From the NCBI RefSeq assembly GCF_018977255.1, contig NW_024704743.1, positions 69,814,001-69,878,000 on the forward strand: DNA of 64,000 nt. Direction: 5' to 3'. Source of the stretch: Callorhinchus milii. Lineage: Eukaryota. The position numbers and the translations under genes are program-made. The notes under the pieces are model-generated. The model was not told where the DNA came from. It saw nothing but the letters and a program-made list of their open reading frames with translations, and searched no databases. Below, in pieces: positions 22,676-37,152 of the stretch (its first letter is position 1; each line of letters opens with the position of its first letter).

Positions 22676-24839
22676 TAGCCTATGCTACAAACACCGTTAA
22701 CCAAACTGATTCAGTCTCCAGGGAGCAGGAAGGTGGAAATGTAAAGCTCCAGCTGGCTCCTGACCCAGCTCAGGTACCAGATGGAGCCTTGCATTGTGAA
22801 ACATAGTCTGCTTTCTGTTGCTTCCTCCCACCTCTACTCTACTCACCTCAAGTTACTTCAACTCTATGAATGTAGTATAGCTGTTCTATATGAATATATA
22901 ACTGTTACCGTTTACAGCATTTAATTTCCTCTCCAACCCCCAACAGCATTTTTCCTGCTTTTGATCCATTTTAAGACAAAAGGTCACTAGGAGGTGAATG
23001 GAAATGAAGTGTGATAATTCTCCCCCAGTTTGTTTTTATTCACTCCAACAGAAGGTAATTAACAAGTGGAACAGATTGCTGGGAAGGTTGTTTGAGGCCA
23101 GGACACTGGACTCATTTAAAAACAACTTGATGCTGGGATGGAAGAACGGTAGGGTGGGTATTCTGGAAGAATGAGATCAGATGGACCAAAGGGTCTTCTT
23201 CATCCAAACTAGTCTTGTGATCTTGTGCAACCATCTCTCCAAGACAGGACATTCAGCATCACAATCTCCTTATAGGCACTGTAGGCATGAAGCTAAGTGA
23301 AGATTACTGCTGCAGGCTACAAACTACTCAATGTTGCATATTTATTGTGTAATTTAAAACAAATATTATTATCTCACCATTTAAGAACATCTTAGATATC
23401 GACCAGTCAGTCCCTTTTGTTCTTAAATGCATGACAGATTGCCCTTGAGAGTATGTGAAAATTCAGTGGGCTGAATGGGCTACTTTCTATTTGTAAACTG
23501 GTATCCTCCTATTTGTAAATATCTATGGTTTGTATGTTTTTCCGATCTCCTTTTAAAAATGAGCACTCTGCTCCCAGATTGCTTCTAATCCGAATTTCAT
23601 CATGGTTTCAACAGTACAGTATGCTTTCCTCTTAACACTATACCTAATGCAAGGATTATTATTAACACTTGAATAAATTCAACATTAAATGAGAGAGAGT
23701 AAAACTGAGTTCAATATTAAAGAGGTGGTTGACTTATTTTGATTTGTAGTTTTTATGTACTATCACCCTTGAGGCTATTGGCTTTTAAATGTTAGTTTTA
23801 CGTATTTGGTGCACTATTATAGACCCACACATTCCAGGTTTCCAGTAGGTTTTGTCCCTTCACTCAGTCGGTGGCGTTCAGATCAGCTGGAAAGACAGAC
23901 ACGATAATGACAGTAGAAAACCATGTACTGCCTGAGAATGGAGCCACGTTGCAGGTGGGCAGAAGATGCACAGCTGCAGTCTGCTCTGCCTGCCCACGTT
24001 CAGAATAGGAAATGTCGCTGGGTACTGGACAATGCTGCATCTTGACAAATTACAATGACATACATCTCAATTTGCTGGTTTGCTGTTAAATAAAATTTCA
24101 TTATTAACCATTCTACATCAAATGCCAAATGAAGGTATATAACGCATTTTAATATTTCTTTGTCATTATGTCAATACATCTTTAGAAGGTTGTTTTCTTC
24201 TCCTTAGTGGTTGTAGTGGCAGAGCAGAGTCAAATCTCAGGATAGCTACTTAAAAGAAGAAGAACAACAAAATTACATTTGTATACACTATCACATACTC
24301 ATTCTGGGTAATGGTTCTTGCATTTTACAAAAAATAGATTATTCATTGTTTGAATGTGTTAACTGTGCAATGGAACTGTGTATCTGTAATGCTGCAATAG
24401 TGGGAGATTTTTACATTAAAATTCATAACTGAAATGTTGGTTCTAAGATTCAAAGAGAAGTCATTTATAGCAGTATTAATGCAGCTCAACTAATTACTAA
24501 ATCCTATCCAAAAGATGCTCGTAATAAAAGAGCTACCGACAATTTGGTTTAGTCATCTCCTTGAGAAGTTATTTGAATTTACTGTTACTGTTATGTTTAG
24601 TGCTGGTAGATCAGAGATTGACAAAGGAAGTGTTTGGATTGATTAAGAATCGCCGCTATTCTAAATAAAAAGAGGATCTCACTCTGTCTACTAAATATTT
24701 AAATGAACTTAACTTGAGTCAGGAAAATCAAGGCAAACAATTGAACTAATTTAAGAAGGTTATAAAATACAAATAACTATAATCAGTGTCACGAATAGGA
24801 AAGGCTAATAGGGGGGAAAAAAAGGCTGAAGTTGTCATA

Positions 24840-25390
24840 CATCGAGGCTTAACTATGCAAACTCCTTGCTTATCGGCCTCCCCAAATCCTCCCTCCATAG
24901 GCTGCAGATCATCCAGAACATGGCAGCCCATGTCTTCTCCCGTACCAGGCTCCCTATCTCCCCCATCCTCGCCCGACTCCACTGGCTTCCCATCACACAG
25001 AGGATACAGTTCAAGATCCTGGTCCTCACCTTCAAAGCCCTCCATGGTCTTGCTCACCCCTACCTCTGCAACCTCCTAATCCCCTACCATCCTGCCCACT
25101 CCCTCCGCTCAGTGGGCTCCGGTCTGTTGGCGGGTGGGCCTTCTGCCACTCTGCCCCCACCCTCTGGAACTCCATCCCGCAGTACCTCCGCCTCGCTCCC
25201 TCCCTTGACTCCTTCAAGACCCATCTCAAGACCCTCCTCTTCGACCATGCTTTTGATCTCCTTGCTTCCCCCCTGCCCTCCACCCTCCCCGACCACTAGC
25301 TCGGGACTGAAACTCTGTCTGTCCAGTGCCTTGGGATGTCCTCCTGACAGGAAAGAAGCTATACAAATTTAATTTTGTTGTTGTTGTTGT
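24840..25390 (+). mobile_element. L2 3' fragment
   Basis: [24 protein letters not shown]; (TTG)n tail. Confidence 0.9.
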
Positions 25391-26168
25391 TTTGTATCCT
25401 TTCTGAATTTGAAATCTCTGTTTAATCTGAAAATCTGTGCATTTATATAACAGAACAAGGAGATTCAGAACAAAACATTCTTAATAAATATGGTATTATG
25501 AGATGTTAGGAAGTACTTGTCACAGATTTCCTGGACAGTTTTGTTCATGTGTAAATATGTAATGCTGAACAATACTCATACGTGTGCATGTGTATGTATT
25601 ATGGTTATCTTTGAATGGTCAGACATATGGTACTTTTTGTAAAATATTGCATATAATCTAGTTTCTATTGTGCAAGATGACATTGCTGTTGGAACTAATC
25701 CCGTCAAATATCCTGTGCTAACTGGTTTGAAACCTGGAGCACTTTTGATACTTCAAAGACAGTTACCTCAGTGTTTCCAAGGTGATTCATTTGGCACATT
25801 AGAGTTTATTAGTAGGTAAATTTCTACCAGCTAGTAGCTTTTTCGTAAACTGCCTATTAATAAAGGTGCAATAAATGTTAATTTGGATAGTCTGCAAAAG
25901 TGGCTTTCATGCACCCTGACCTTAAGGAAAAATATTCTAGGAAAGATAGTTTAGCTGAGCCAGATATTGAACTTTGCTCAACCCTCTGAGATTTGTAACC
26001 TCAAGTGCGTCATTTGTGTGCGAAGGTAAATTAACCCATACGGGACTATTTATTTCACAGTGTACAGTGTTTATATACTATATTATTCTTATTAATGCTG
26101 TTATGCAATATTACCCATTGCTATTGCTCTGTGTTGTACTAATATGCCCTATTTGGAGTGATACAACT

Positions 26169-26241
26169 TGGAGATGGTCAACTTGCAGCCACATTACGCA
26201 TGCGTACAGTAGGCATTCGGGCTGCAAGTTGGTCATCCCTG
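26169..26241. mobile_element. Tiny hAT-like MITE / hairpin, 73 bp
   Basis: ~22-bp inverted arms of CAGGGATGACCAACTTGCAGCC type; flanks atacaact / atttaact (6/8). Confidence 0.6.
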
Positions 26242-26539
26242 ATTTAACTTGTAGAGCAATCACATCAAGTCCTACAGCCAATTACTTCAAAAGGATTAAT
26301 GGTTAGCTCTTGGGAATGCATTGTATAGGAGGAGTGAGGCTTCTTCTTATGAGATCAGCTGTAAAACCATTGCAGGTTAAGTTAGTGCATTTAACCTTGT
26401 TAAAATCTAAGATAGCTAATGATTTAAATATATATTTTCAAAAAAAAGCGTTTCTCCCAGGACGGTGTATACAGAAGCGACTCCCGACTGTTTTAAAGGG
26501 AGCTTCCCAAAAAACGTGTGCACAAACTGTAAACAACGG

Positions 26540-26653
26540 AATTTTTTTTGTATCGGGAGGAAGGGAAAAATTGTAACAGAAGTTGTTATGTTTGTTTTGG
26601 ATTTCTGTTGTACTAAATATTCTATTTATGAATAAATATATATTTTTAAAAAA
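26540..26653 (+). mobile_element. Possible L1/Tx1-type 3' end
   Basis: GT-rich tract, then tttatgaataaatatatattttt and an A run. Confidence 0.3.
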
Positions 26654-27356
26654 TGAAGAGATTTGTAAGGTTCAACATTCATGGCGGACAGATTTCCCAC
26701 ATTGTTGGTTATGCAATATTCTTACTAACAAGAATGCATTTTCATTCTGTTTTTTATTGTGACTAATACCAGGACTAATGAAAATAGAATCATAGATATT
26801 ATGGCACAGAAGGAGGCCTTTTGGCCTACTATGCCTATGCTAGATCCCCCACTGGAGCTGTATACTCCTGCTCTTTCTCTTTACACGTTCGTTCAGAAAA
26901 TATACTACAAATTCAGATGCCATCTCTTGCAAACTAGATAGAAGCATATTTCTGTAACAAAATGGAATAATAGCACATAGTTCTCCGGCATAAATTGCAT
27001 TGTCTTAAATTTAGAATTGAGAGGAAACTTTCTATGCTAATTCAGGATGCTTTTCTAGTTATATTACAATCTGGCATTGATGTCACATAGCTTAATGTCT
27101 GATGACTGTAAATGCCAAACAATGCCGTGTATCAGACTTAAATAGTGGAGATGCCACTGGTATACGTCTAGCAATTTGAAGAGAAAGAAAGGACTTGAAT
27201 TTTATAGCACCTGTAATATTGAAACATCTCAAAAGCATTTTCTTTTTTTCGTAAGTAAACGTGGTAACCAATTTGTGCAGAGCAAGGTCCCATGAACATC
27301 CATGAGGATTGATTAATCTCGAGGATTGCTGGTCAGAACATTGGAAGAAATATTAA

Positions 27357-27775
27357 TTATAATAATCCTTGCATTTAATATAGCACTTTATCACATCGCC
27401 AGAACGTCTCAAGTTGCTTCACAGGATTTAATGTAAAGTGTAGTGACTGCATATTTGAAGATTGAAGAGGCAGCCAATTTGCACCCATCAGTACCCGACA
27501 ATCAGGAGTTGAATGACTAATGTTATCTGGGGGATTCTTGGTCAGGAAACTGAGAGAAACTTCCTTTTTTTGAGCAGTGTCATGGAATTTTTAACATCCA
27601 CCTGAACAGGCAGATGGACCTTGGTTCAATATCTCATCTGAAAGACAGACAGTCTGCTCCCCGAGCACTACGCTGGAATGTCAGCTTAGACTATGAGTTC
27701 AAAGTCCCAACGAGGGGGTTGATAATCATAATCTTCTGACTCAAAGTCGCCAGAGCACCGACTGAGCCAGGCTGA
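27357..27775 (-). mobile_element. SacSINE1-like Deu SINE
   Basis: Full layout from tail to head (ttctgactc..gagcaccgactgagcc). Other degraded copies lie at ~21270-21580, 29990-30330, 46701-47062, 57311-57500, 58294-58598 (-) and 47205-47497, 50530-50750 (+). Confidence 0.78.
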
Positions 27776-30700
27776 CAAACTGGCTGTCAGGGCGAAACTC
27801 CCTTTACTTTTCAAATAGTATGAAATAGATAAATATACTAAAACCCCAGCTGGCTAGACCAATGGAGAGGGAAGGGGAAGATTTGGTGTGGTGAGCGGGA
27901 ATTTCCAGCTAAGTGTAACTACAATGCCAGTATTCACTGACTTTTTTCAGTGCTGGTAAATGCCGGTATCAGCATTGTAATTGTTTGAATCCTAAATCCT
28001 ATAAGCTACCTTCTGCTCACAGGATTCAAACTGAGTCAAAGTCGATAGCCCCTGGTCATTGAAGACCATCATTGACGGTGAGGCAGGGGCACATGCTGAG
28101 AGAGTGGGGGCAGCGGAATTCCACATGCACGGGAACAAGGAATTCTTTTTAAATATCTGTTTTGGGTCTGGTCTGCCTCAGGTTGAATTCCTGATACCCT
28201 GGAGTTTACTATAATGTGGATTTCTGGACTTTGAATCTTTTTCAAAAAAGAATAGATGTGTCACACAGCAAGTGCTTGAGTGTGGAATTGAGTCTGAGTC
28301 ACAAATTGCTCAAGAAATATGTAGGTAAACTGCATTGAGGATCTTACTTGTCTCCTCACCTATGTGAGTGCCCAATACCATGAAATCTGCCTCATTAGAG
28401 AACTCACTTCTTAAACAATCTGCTGCTGATGCACCTGTTTCTCAACCATAATTCAGTTTTCCAGAATGTATTCTTGGTTTCTTTTGTCAGTGTATACTGT
28501 GTTCTCACACTAAAAGTTTGAAATGACGCTCCTCGCTTAAAATGTTCTGGATATTTGGTAATTTGAAATCAGGAGGAAAGATTAGATTCTCTTCTCTGAA
28601 ACAGTTAAACTAATACAGAGTAGCTTATAACTATAGAGCTTGCAGTAAGTCTAGTAATATATGTATATATATCTCAGACAATCTGCTCCCCCAACAAGTG
28701 GTCACTATGCTATACATTTAAATTGCATTTAGGGTGGGATGGATAGGTGTTTTTGTAATGTAATTTGATTATTGACACGTTTCATTGTAACAAATCATTT
28801 AGCAAGAGTGAAATACGTTTTTACAGTTGTTAGAGCCAGACAGTTTATTCCTTATGTACCTTCTGGAATTTCAAAACAGGTCTGTTCACTCTATTCCACA
28901 GTAGTATAGTATCTATGGAGAAGGTACTTTTCTGCTGTTTCTGGTAGTAATGTGGGTCTTTTCTTTGTGAAAGCAGTCAGTCAGGAATGTTATGTATTGT
29001 TTCCAAATGCACTTTATTTGGAGACTGCATTTACTTTCCTTGCCATGAATGTTCTGGTGGGGTTATTTGAGACTTGTTGCTTTGTTCCAAAAATCTATGT
29101 CATTGTACTTTTGAGAGAAACATTGCTTGGAAACAAGTTTGTCATGTCTGATCAGACTGCTTGACTTGTGGCAGATGAAATTGACGTTAAGATTGCTCCC
29201 CCTCCCCCTCTGGTGTTTTGAAGCTCAGTTGTCTCATTAGCATTGTTAAGATCAACACACTGTTTAATTGGATGCTGACTCCCCACCCCACTCTCAGAGA
29301 GTTGCGTCTTCAAGTGCGACAGAAATGACGTGATAGATATACTGCCGGGTTAATGCTGATTTTGCCACTATTACCAGGTGAAAGCAGAGATGACTCCATG
29401 TCAGTTTAAACGTTCAATTCTGCATCTTACAAATGCTGTCTGAGGCAAATCCTGCGATTAACCCTTACTTACCTTGTTTGAAATGCCTAACCTAACTATT
29501 AAGTAAGCTTGCATAAAAGGTTATTAACGACAAAAGTTGCAGTACTTCTTTTTATGATTTTAGTAACTTTTTAAAAAAAAAGGCCTGACAAAATTTACAT
29601 GCAAAAACCACACACTGGAAGTCACAGTGTGTTGAAACTTTGGACAATACTCTAAACGCTGAGTGGGCTTTGCTGATTGCTCAGTGAATTGTGAGCAAAA
29701 GGTGTACAAGCAACTGTTAGGAGGCAGAATGAGTTTAAAATAGTAACAATTTTGCATTGTTTGAGTACCAACTATGCTAGCAAGGAGAGATTAAGGCCTA
29801 TTTGAAGAAGGTTTCATTACTTACACTCAGTTGGAACTGATCAAAGACAGCCTTTTAAACATCGCCTTGTAGACATAAAACCATGTCTTATGGTTTACTT
29901 TTCTTATTGTATTCTGCAATATCCCCAAATTGCCGAGAATCCTATGATTTATTAATACTGCATAATTGAGCCTCACACTTGATTATAGCTCTTATAACAT
30001 TGCAACAAAGCGCTTCACATGGAATTGCTGTAAAGTGTAGTGACTATGTATTTGTAGATAATTTGCACACAGCACACATTCCCACAAGCTGAAAGTTTAG
30101 CCAATTTATATGCAGGTTTATAGACTTGGACACTGTGAGAAACTCAAATGCAAGGATTATTTAGGATTAACATCTGATGGCTGGCATCTCTCACTGACAA
30201 TGTAACACTTTCCCAGCACGGCCTTGGAGTATTATCAACCTAGACCTTGGGCTCAAGGTTCTTTCATGGGGTTGAATTCACAGCATTTCAGACCTGGAGG
30301 CTAGAGTGATGCCAACTGAGCCAGGCTGGGTTTATTAGTCAAACAGTTATTAGTTTTTTTAGTAATCTTTATCGTTAATCTATGTATTACGTTACCTCAC
30401 TTTAAATGTTCCTCTCTATTTTAATTTTAATTGTACTAGTCATTTGTGAGATTTTGCCATGCAAATTGTCTACTGTGTTTGTCTGTACAGTCACATTGTG
30501 ACTCAATGTAGAGGGTCTGCTCTCCAATTGCTGGTTTAAAGAAATATATTACCTGCCTCTTCTCCAAATTCCCATTGATTGGCTGCTCAGTGGGTTTTTA
30601 TGGGATGTACTCCTGTGTTTGTGTTACAGTATTCACTCTGTTTCTTACAAATGATTATTTTATAAAGCAGCTTGGAAAGTTTATCTTTACAACAACAACT

Positions 30701-31229
30701 TCAACAACAACTTGCACTTATATAGCGCCCTTCACACAGGGTAGAGTCCTGGAGTGCTTCACAGTCTGACAACGAGCCGGGGGAGAGGGTGGTATATATG
30801 CACTAAATTGTTAGCAAGTTGTTAAGTCCAATGTTTTCACCAGAGATGATATGCTATACATTACAACAAGATGGAATAATAGTTTTATAGTTTTATTTAC
30901 TAACTTTTAGCTTCTCGTGGCCAATATTCTTTTCTCTTCTTCCCCCTCCCCCAGTTACAACAAAATTACTTTTGAAACTTTGTGTTCCCACTATTTTTAT
31001 ATTATATGTATTATTAAGTGTAATAATAATAATACATTATTATTACTTTCTTGTGAGTTCTTGTGGTTTGCTTCTCTGATCTTTGTTCTTTTCTCAGTGG
31101 TTATGTTTTCTTGCCCCAATCAGGCTCTCATTATTGTGTTCCTTTTCTTAGCCATATAATTGTTTTTTTAATTTGACTTATTTTCTCCAGCGTTTCTTCT
31201 TTCTAGGTTTGTCTGCCTTTTCTTCCCAT

Positions 31230-31390
31230 GTTTCTTCGACCGCGACTTTGCCACTCTCCTATCCTCCCCGCCCTCCACCCTCCCTGATTCCCAACTCACC
31301 CCCAGCTCGGGGTCCAAATCCCTGACTGTCTAGTGCCTTGGGACGTCCTCCCGACATGAAGGACGCTATACAAATGTAATTTTGTATTTT
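31230..31390 (+). mobile_element. L2 3' end
   Basis: gccttgggacgtcctcccgacatgaaggacgc stem-loop. Similar tails lie at 35468-35690 (-), 42000-42145 (+), 46205-46440 (+), 61985-62200 (-). Confidence 0.8.
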
Positions 31391-32162
31391 TGTATTTTGT
31401 GTGTTGCCCTTCAGCTCACAGCTAGACTATAACTGCGGCATCAAAAAGCCTCTCCTGTCAATTTAAGCAGCCTCTTTAACAGTTCTTCCTGATGAAAACA
31501 CGCACAGCTTCCCAGCACACTTCTAATACAGTGTTATATAATACAATATAATTTACACTTATATAGCATCTTTCATGTTAGGAGAACGTCCCAAAGCACT
31601 TGACAATTCTGACTGTGTTCAGACCTTGGCACTTGAGGCTCTTCCTGTGAACATCAGAATGCTAATGAAGAAGTTAAAAGAAGATATCATCCTCTCCAGA
31701 AATTCTCCCACTCCTTTTCCTCATTGACATCACTTTTGCTACTTATTTCCAAACTGGAATTATGTGTATAAAATATGTGTGTGATGTGCATCTGCTGGGT
31801 CAGATAGGCCCTATAACCATAGCTACCGGCAGACAGACTTTGTGAGCCAGAAGGATAAAACATGTGATATTCAATGTAATAATTACTCAAGCTTTCAGTG
31901 CTGATTGTGGCATCCTATTTCCAGCAACTATTTTTATCAGGAATATTCTGCCATTTTTCATGTTGCTATTTTTCAATTTACTCTTCTCATTTCTCCCTTA
32001 GCTCCATGACCATAAATATTAATACCTCCCTTCCATTCTGTTCACAGCACTGTTTCTGATATTCATTGAGAAACAACACAACCTCACCCCCACCCCACAA
32101 TATACTGCTCTTGGGATTAATTGGTGTGGGAAAGTTGGATAATACTCAGTGCATGATGATAA

Positions 32163-34531
32163 ATTGTGGATGATTTTAATCTGCACATAGATTGGGACAA
32201 CCGAATTGGGAAAAATATGATATGGTGGAAAAGTTTATAGAATGTATTAGGGATAATTATCTAGATCAGTATGCTGAGGAGCCAACCAGGGAACAGGCCA
32301 TATTAGACCTTGTTTTGTGCAATGAAGCTGGGCTGATCAGCAAACTGGAAATTAAGGCTCCTCTAGGGCAAAGTGACCATAATATGATGGTATTTAGCAT
32401 TGAGTTAGAGAGAGAATTAGTTAAGTCCGAAGCAAAGGTTTTAAATTTAAGTAGAGCCAATTTTGCTGGTATGAGAGAGGATTTAGCCAAAGTAAACTGG
32501 GAAATTAGACTTAAGGATTTGACAGTAGACCAGCAATGGCAGACGTTTAAGGACATAGTGCAAAATTCCCAGCGAGCACGTGTTCCTTTGAGTAATAAGA
32601 ATGCCACGGGAAAGGTGGCCCAACCGTGGCTAACTAGAGCAGTTAGGGAAAGTATAAAGTTAAAGGAAGAAGCCTATAAAATAGCTAAGATGAGTAGTAA
32701 ACCCGAGGATTGGGAGAACTTTAGGGATTAAAGAGGAGAACCAAAAAAGTGATCAAGAGGGAGAAAATGGAATATGAGGGCAAACTAGCGAAGAACATAA
32801 AGACAGACTGCAAGAGTTTTTATAAATATATAAAGAGGAAGAGGCTGTCAAAGGTAAATGTGGGTCCGCTACAGGCAGAGACGGAGGGAGTTATAGTAGG
32901 GGACAAAGACATGGCAGAGTCATTAAACAAGTACTTTACTGCTGTCTTCACCTTAGAAGACACTGAAAACCTACCAAGAATAGAGGGGAACCAAGAAGAA
33001 AATGTTAGCGAGCAACTTGGGGAATTAATATTAGTAAAGAAATGGTTTTAGGTAAATTATCAGGTCTTAAAACTGATAAATCTCCTGGACCTGATGGCCT
33101 ACATCCTAGGGTTTTAAAAGAGGTGGCTACTGAGATAGTGGATGGCTTGTCTTTGATCTTCCAAAATTCTCTGGATTCTGGAACGGTTCCCATTGATTGG
33201 AAGATTGCAAACGTAACACCACTATTTAAGAAGGGTGGGAGAGAAAAGATGGGGAACTATAGACCAGTTAGTCTGACATCAGTGGTAGGGAAAATTCTTG
33301 AGTCCTTAATTAAAGATGTCGTTATGGGATTCCTGGAAGACCATAACAAGATTAGGCAGAGTCAACATGGCTTTACAAAAGGGAAGTCATGCTTAACTAA
33401 TCTTTTAGAGTTTTTTGAAGATGTATCTAGCAGGTTAGATAGGGGGGAACCAGTAGATGTAGTATATTTAGATTTTAAAAAGGCATTTGACAAAGTGCCA
33501 CACAAAAGGCTATTGCACAAGGTTAAGGCCCACGGGATTAATGGGAACATATTAGCATGGATTGAAGAGTGGCTAACGGGTAGAAAACAGAGAGTAGGGA
33601 TAAACGGGTCATTCTCGAATTGGCAGGATGTGACTAGTGGAGTGCCACAAGGATCAGTGCTTGGGCCTCAGCTATTTACAATTTACATCAATGATCTAGA
33701 CGAGGACATTGAATGTAACGTATCTAAATTCCCGGATGACACTAAACTAGGTGGGAGATTAAGCTCTGAGGATGATGCAAAAAGATTGCAACGGGATATA
33801 GATAGGCCAGGGGAGTGGGCAGTAGGTGGCAGATGGAATTTAATGTGGGGAAGTGTGAAGTTATTCACCTAGGTAGAAAAATTAGAAAAATAGATTATTT
33901 TCTAGAGGGGGAGAGATTAGATAGTGTTAGAGTGCAGAGGGATTTGGGTGTCCTTGTACACCAGTCTCAAAAAGTTAGTTTGCAGGTGCAGCAAGCAACT
34001 AAGAAGGCGAACGGCGTGTTAGCGTTCATTGCAAAAGGTTTAGAGTACAAGAGTAGGGAAGTCTTGCTGCAACTGTATAGGGCCTTGGTGAGACCGCACC
34101 TAGAGTATTGTGTACAGTTTTGGTCTCCTTATTTAAAAAAGGACATACTTGCCCTAGAGGGGGTGCAGCGTAGATTCACTCGGTTAGTTCCTGGGATGAG
34201 GGGACTGACCTATGAGGATAGGCTGAATAAACTTGGGCTGTATTCTCTAGAGTACAGAAGAATTAGGGGAGATCTTATTGAACCATATAAGATTCTTAAA
34301 GGGCTATGGAATTCACTACCCCAGAAGGCTGTAGATGCTCAGTCCTTGAACATCTTCAAGGCTGAGACTGATACATTTTTTAAAAAAATAGAGGGATTAG
34401 GGGATATGGGGATAGGGCAGGTAATTAGAGTTAGGTCAGAAGATCAGCCATGATCTTATCGAATGGCGGGGCAGGCTCGAGGGGCCGAACGGCCTACTCC
34501 TGCTCCTAATTCTTATGTTCTTATGTTCTTA
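32163..34531 (+). mobile_element. CR1 LINE, 5'-truncated, frameshifted ORF2 (endonuclease C-terminal part plus RT)
   Basis: PTREQAILDLVL, SDH, KSPGPDG, NYRPVSLTS, YLDFKKAFDKVPH, GVPQGSVLGP, FPDDTKL, RPHLEYC across ORFs 32192-34453; 3' tail (TTCTTATG)n. Confidence 0.97.
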
Positions 34532-37152
34532 GGATAATAATGCAGCTAAGCTGATTTTATTTGCATTTAATGAAAATGGAGGTGTGTGTGTGCACGCAAA
34601 TACAATCATTTTGAGAATTCATTTTTGACTATACATGACTATAAACTGGTTTGGACCAGATTAGTTGGGCTGAATGGCCTGATTCCATTCTATGTCAACC
34701 TATGAATTTTACAGCCTTGTCCTTTTTTGAATAGTCTGGGTCTTTGAATAACATCTGAGGGAATCAGATATTTCTTGTAATGAGCTAATGCTTTTTGGTG
34801 CATCCTTCATTATGGCTTGTAATTAACTTAACAAGCATTGTTTGACCTTTTTCAAACCTTCTAAATGATCATTTGTGAGACACCAAACTCTCTCTTGATT
34901 GTGTAGAACTTGTGTTTCTTTTCATTTTAAATCTGTATAATCCAACTTAATTATTTACCTGTTGTTTCATTAAGTTCATGGGAAAGATTATTTCTTTGAA
35001 TGTTCTTCAGACTTGTTTGTATGTCTGCATGCCCCTCTAAACCTGTTGCATGTCACTGCTACTGAGCTCTTAATGCTGTTCCGAATTACTCCTAGCAGCT
35101 GATATGAACCTGTCTATCCCTTGAGTTGATGTGGATGTAGAACGTGTATGTGGGTGTGAGTGATGAGAATTAGAAAGTATGACTGTGTGGCTGGTTAATT
35201 ACTTGCATGTGTAACGAGTGTTGGTTTTGTGCATTGTACTGTGTGATTTCCTCCTACGTGCTTTCAGTGTGATTTAACTTAAAGCAGCAAAATGTATACA
35301 CGCATTTGCAAAATATGTTATCAATTTTATGCATCCAATGTATTAAGTTATTAGAATACTGTTGTAGGAAATTTGTACCAACATCAGTAAAGACTATGAT
35401 CGTGAGCACACAGCAGTAGTGAGCTAGTGCTGACTGTTTCCAGCACCTTGGGATATCATCTTGATGTGAACAACAACAACAAATTGCATTTGTATTGCAC
35501 CTTTCGTCACAAAGCAAGTTCCAAAGCACGGGACAGTCAAGGATGTGCACCCGAGCTGAGGGTTGGAATCAGAAGGGGTGGAGGGCAATGAGGGTGGTAA
35601 TAGGAGAATGGCTGAAGGGGTGGTTGAAGAGGAAAGTGTTGAGAGTAGAGCCTTGAAAGAGGCAAGAGTGAGGGGGGAGGGGGGAGGTAGGGAAAGGTAC
35701 TGTGTCATTCATCACAGACTTCCACAACTCATATTCCTTTTGGTTCATTCCATTGGTCATCAGAAACACAATACTGTACATTAGATTTTACTGCCCTATC
35801 ATTATTGCCCAAGCACTCCTCCTAACAACAATAACTTGCATTGACATTGCGCCCTTCAGGAAGGAGAGGTAGCATGCCGGAGATCTTAATCTATGATTTT
35901 CTCATAAGTCTTGAGGCATAAAACACTTTTCATAAATGGATGCACCTTATGTGCCAAGTTTGAATCGCTGCAGAAAAATCATCAAACTCCTGTCCCCTTT
36001 TCTGTACAGAAGTATTCAGTCAAGCATTAATAATTAAAGAGAGAAAACAAATTGAACAAATGATGATAAGAACATTATGTGTGCGTGTATAGTCTGTATG
36101 TGAGTCTTACATTTTCCCTGTGGTTGTACTGCATGTCATCACTTATGATAGTTTCTTTTCAGTATTATGACATTCTTTGGGTGCTTTTCCCTGTACTCCC
36201 CAGGAGTACAGGTTGCTGCAGGGACGGAAACAGCAATCTCTGCTTCATTTTCATGATGGCTTGGACTTTCAATGAATTGGTTCATGTTAATTGCCACACT
36301 GTGGCATAAATAATAAGTAATGTGTTTAAATATAGCATCTCATCACATCAATGAAATATCTGAAAGTGCTTCACAGGGTTTTACTGTAAAATTGACTGTG
36401 TGTCTGTAGGGAAAATAACAATTATGTTGAAGTTGCTTCTAGTTCAGCAGTGTCCTTGATTTGCATCAACGCTGATGTATCTCTTACGGGGGAAGGTGGA
36501 TAAATCCAATACGCTTCTGTGAACTTCTTGACCATGTTCAGCAAGCTCTGACAACCCAGTTCTAACAAGCAAACAGAAACCCATACTGGCTGGTTGATGG
36601 GCCTGTTAGTTCAAGGAGATCCATAAGACTGCCTCCAGCAATGCCAGTACCTTAGTTGGCAGAGCTGTAGCTGATATTGCACTATTAATAACCTCTACAA
36701 TAGCCAGTGTCTTTGCAGCAGATGATTGTCTAATGAAGGCTCAGTAGATGCCTTATACTCTTGAGCTTCGTGACAAGTTCAAATCTCTTTCCACAGTCAA
36801 ACTTATTAAATGAGTCTTTAAACTATCTCTGGTCTGTGGAAATTGCTGTGCAAACTCCATCCACACATTTGTTTGCAGCTCCTTCAGAAAATATAAGGTG
36901 TTGTCACCCTGGATAGCAGTGTTAAAGTGAAGTCAATAGGCTGTATTAAAGTTTGTTGGGTGTGAGTTGGGAAAGTAAGATCAGATTGACTCAGTCTTGA
37001 TAGGCCATATAGTCTGTAACTGTTGCATTCTATCATTCTGTGAATGCTGCTGTCCAAATGCTGTTGTGGCTGCTGTTTCCACACCTAAATCTGAGCTGTA
37101 GAGAGGAGCTGGTGCCACTGGATGGATTTCTGCATTACACTGCTCTTACTAT

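Noticed and set aside
27915..27985. Imperfect inverted repeat with an ACTACAAT (ZNF143-like) motif
   Set aside because: Too degenerate; no definable termini or promoter context.
33042..33872. RT as a retron, DGR or domesticated gene
   Set aside because: Ordinary CR1 ORF2 with frameshifts and a CR1 tail.
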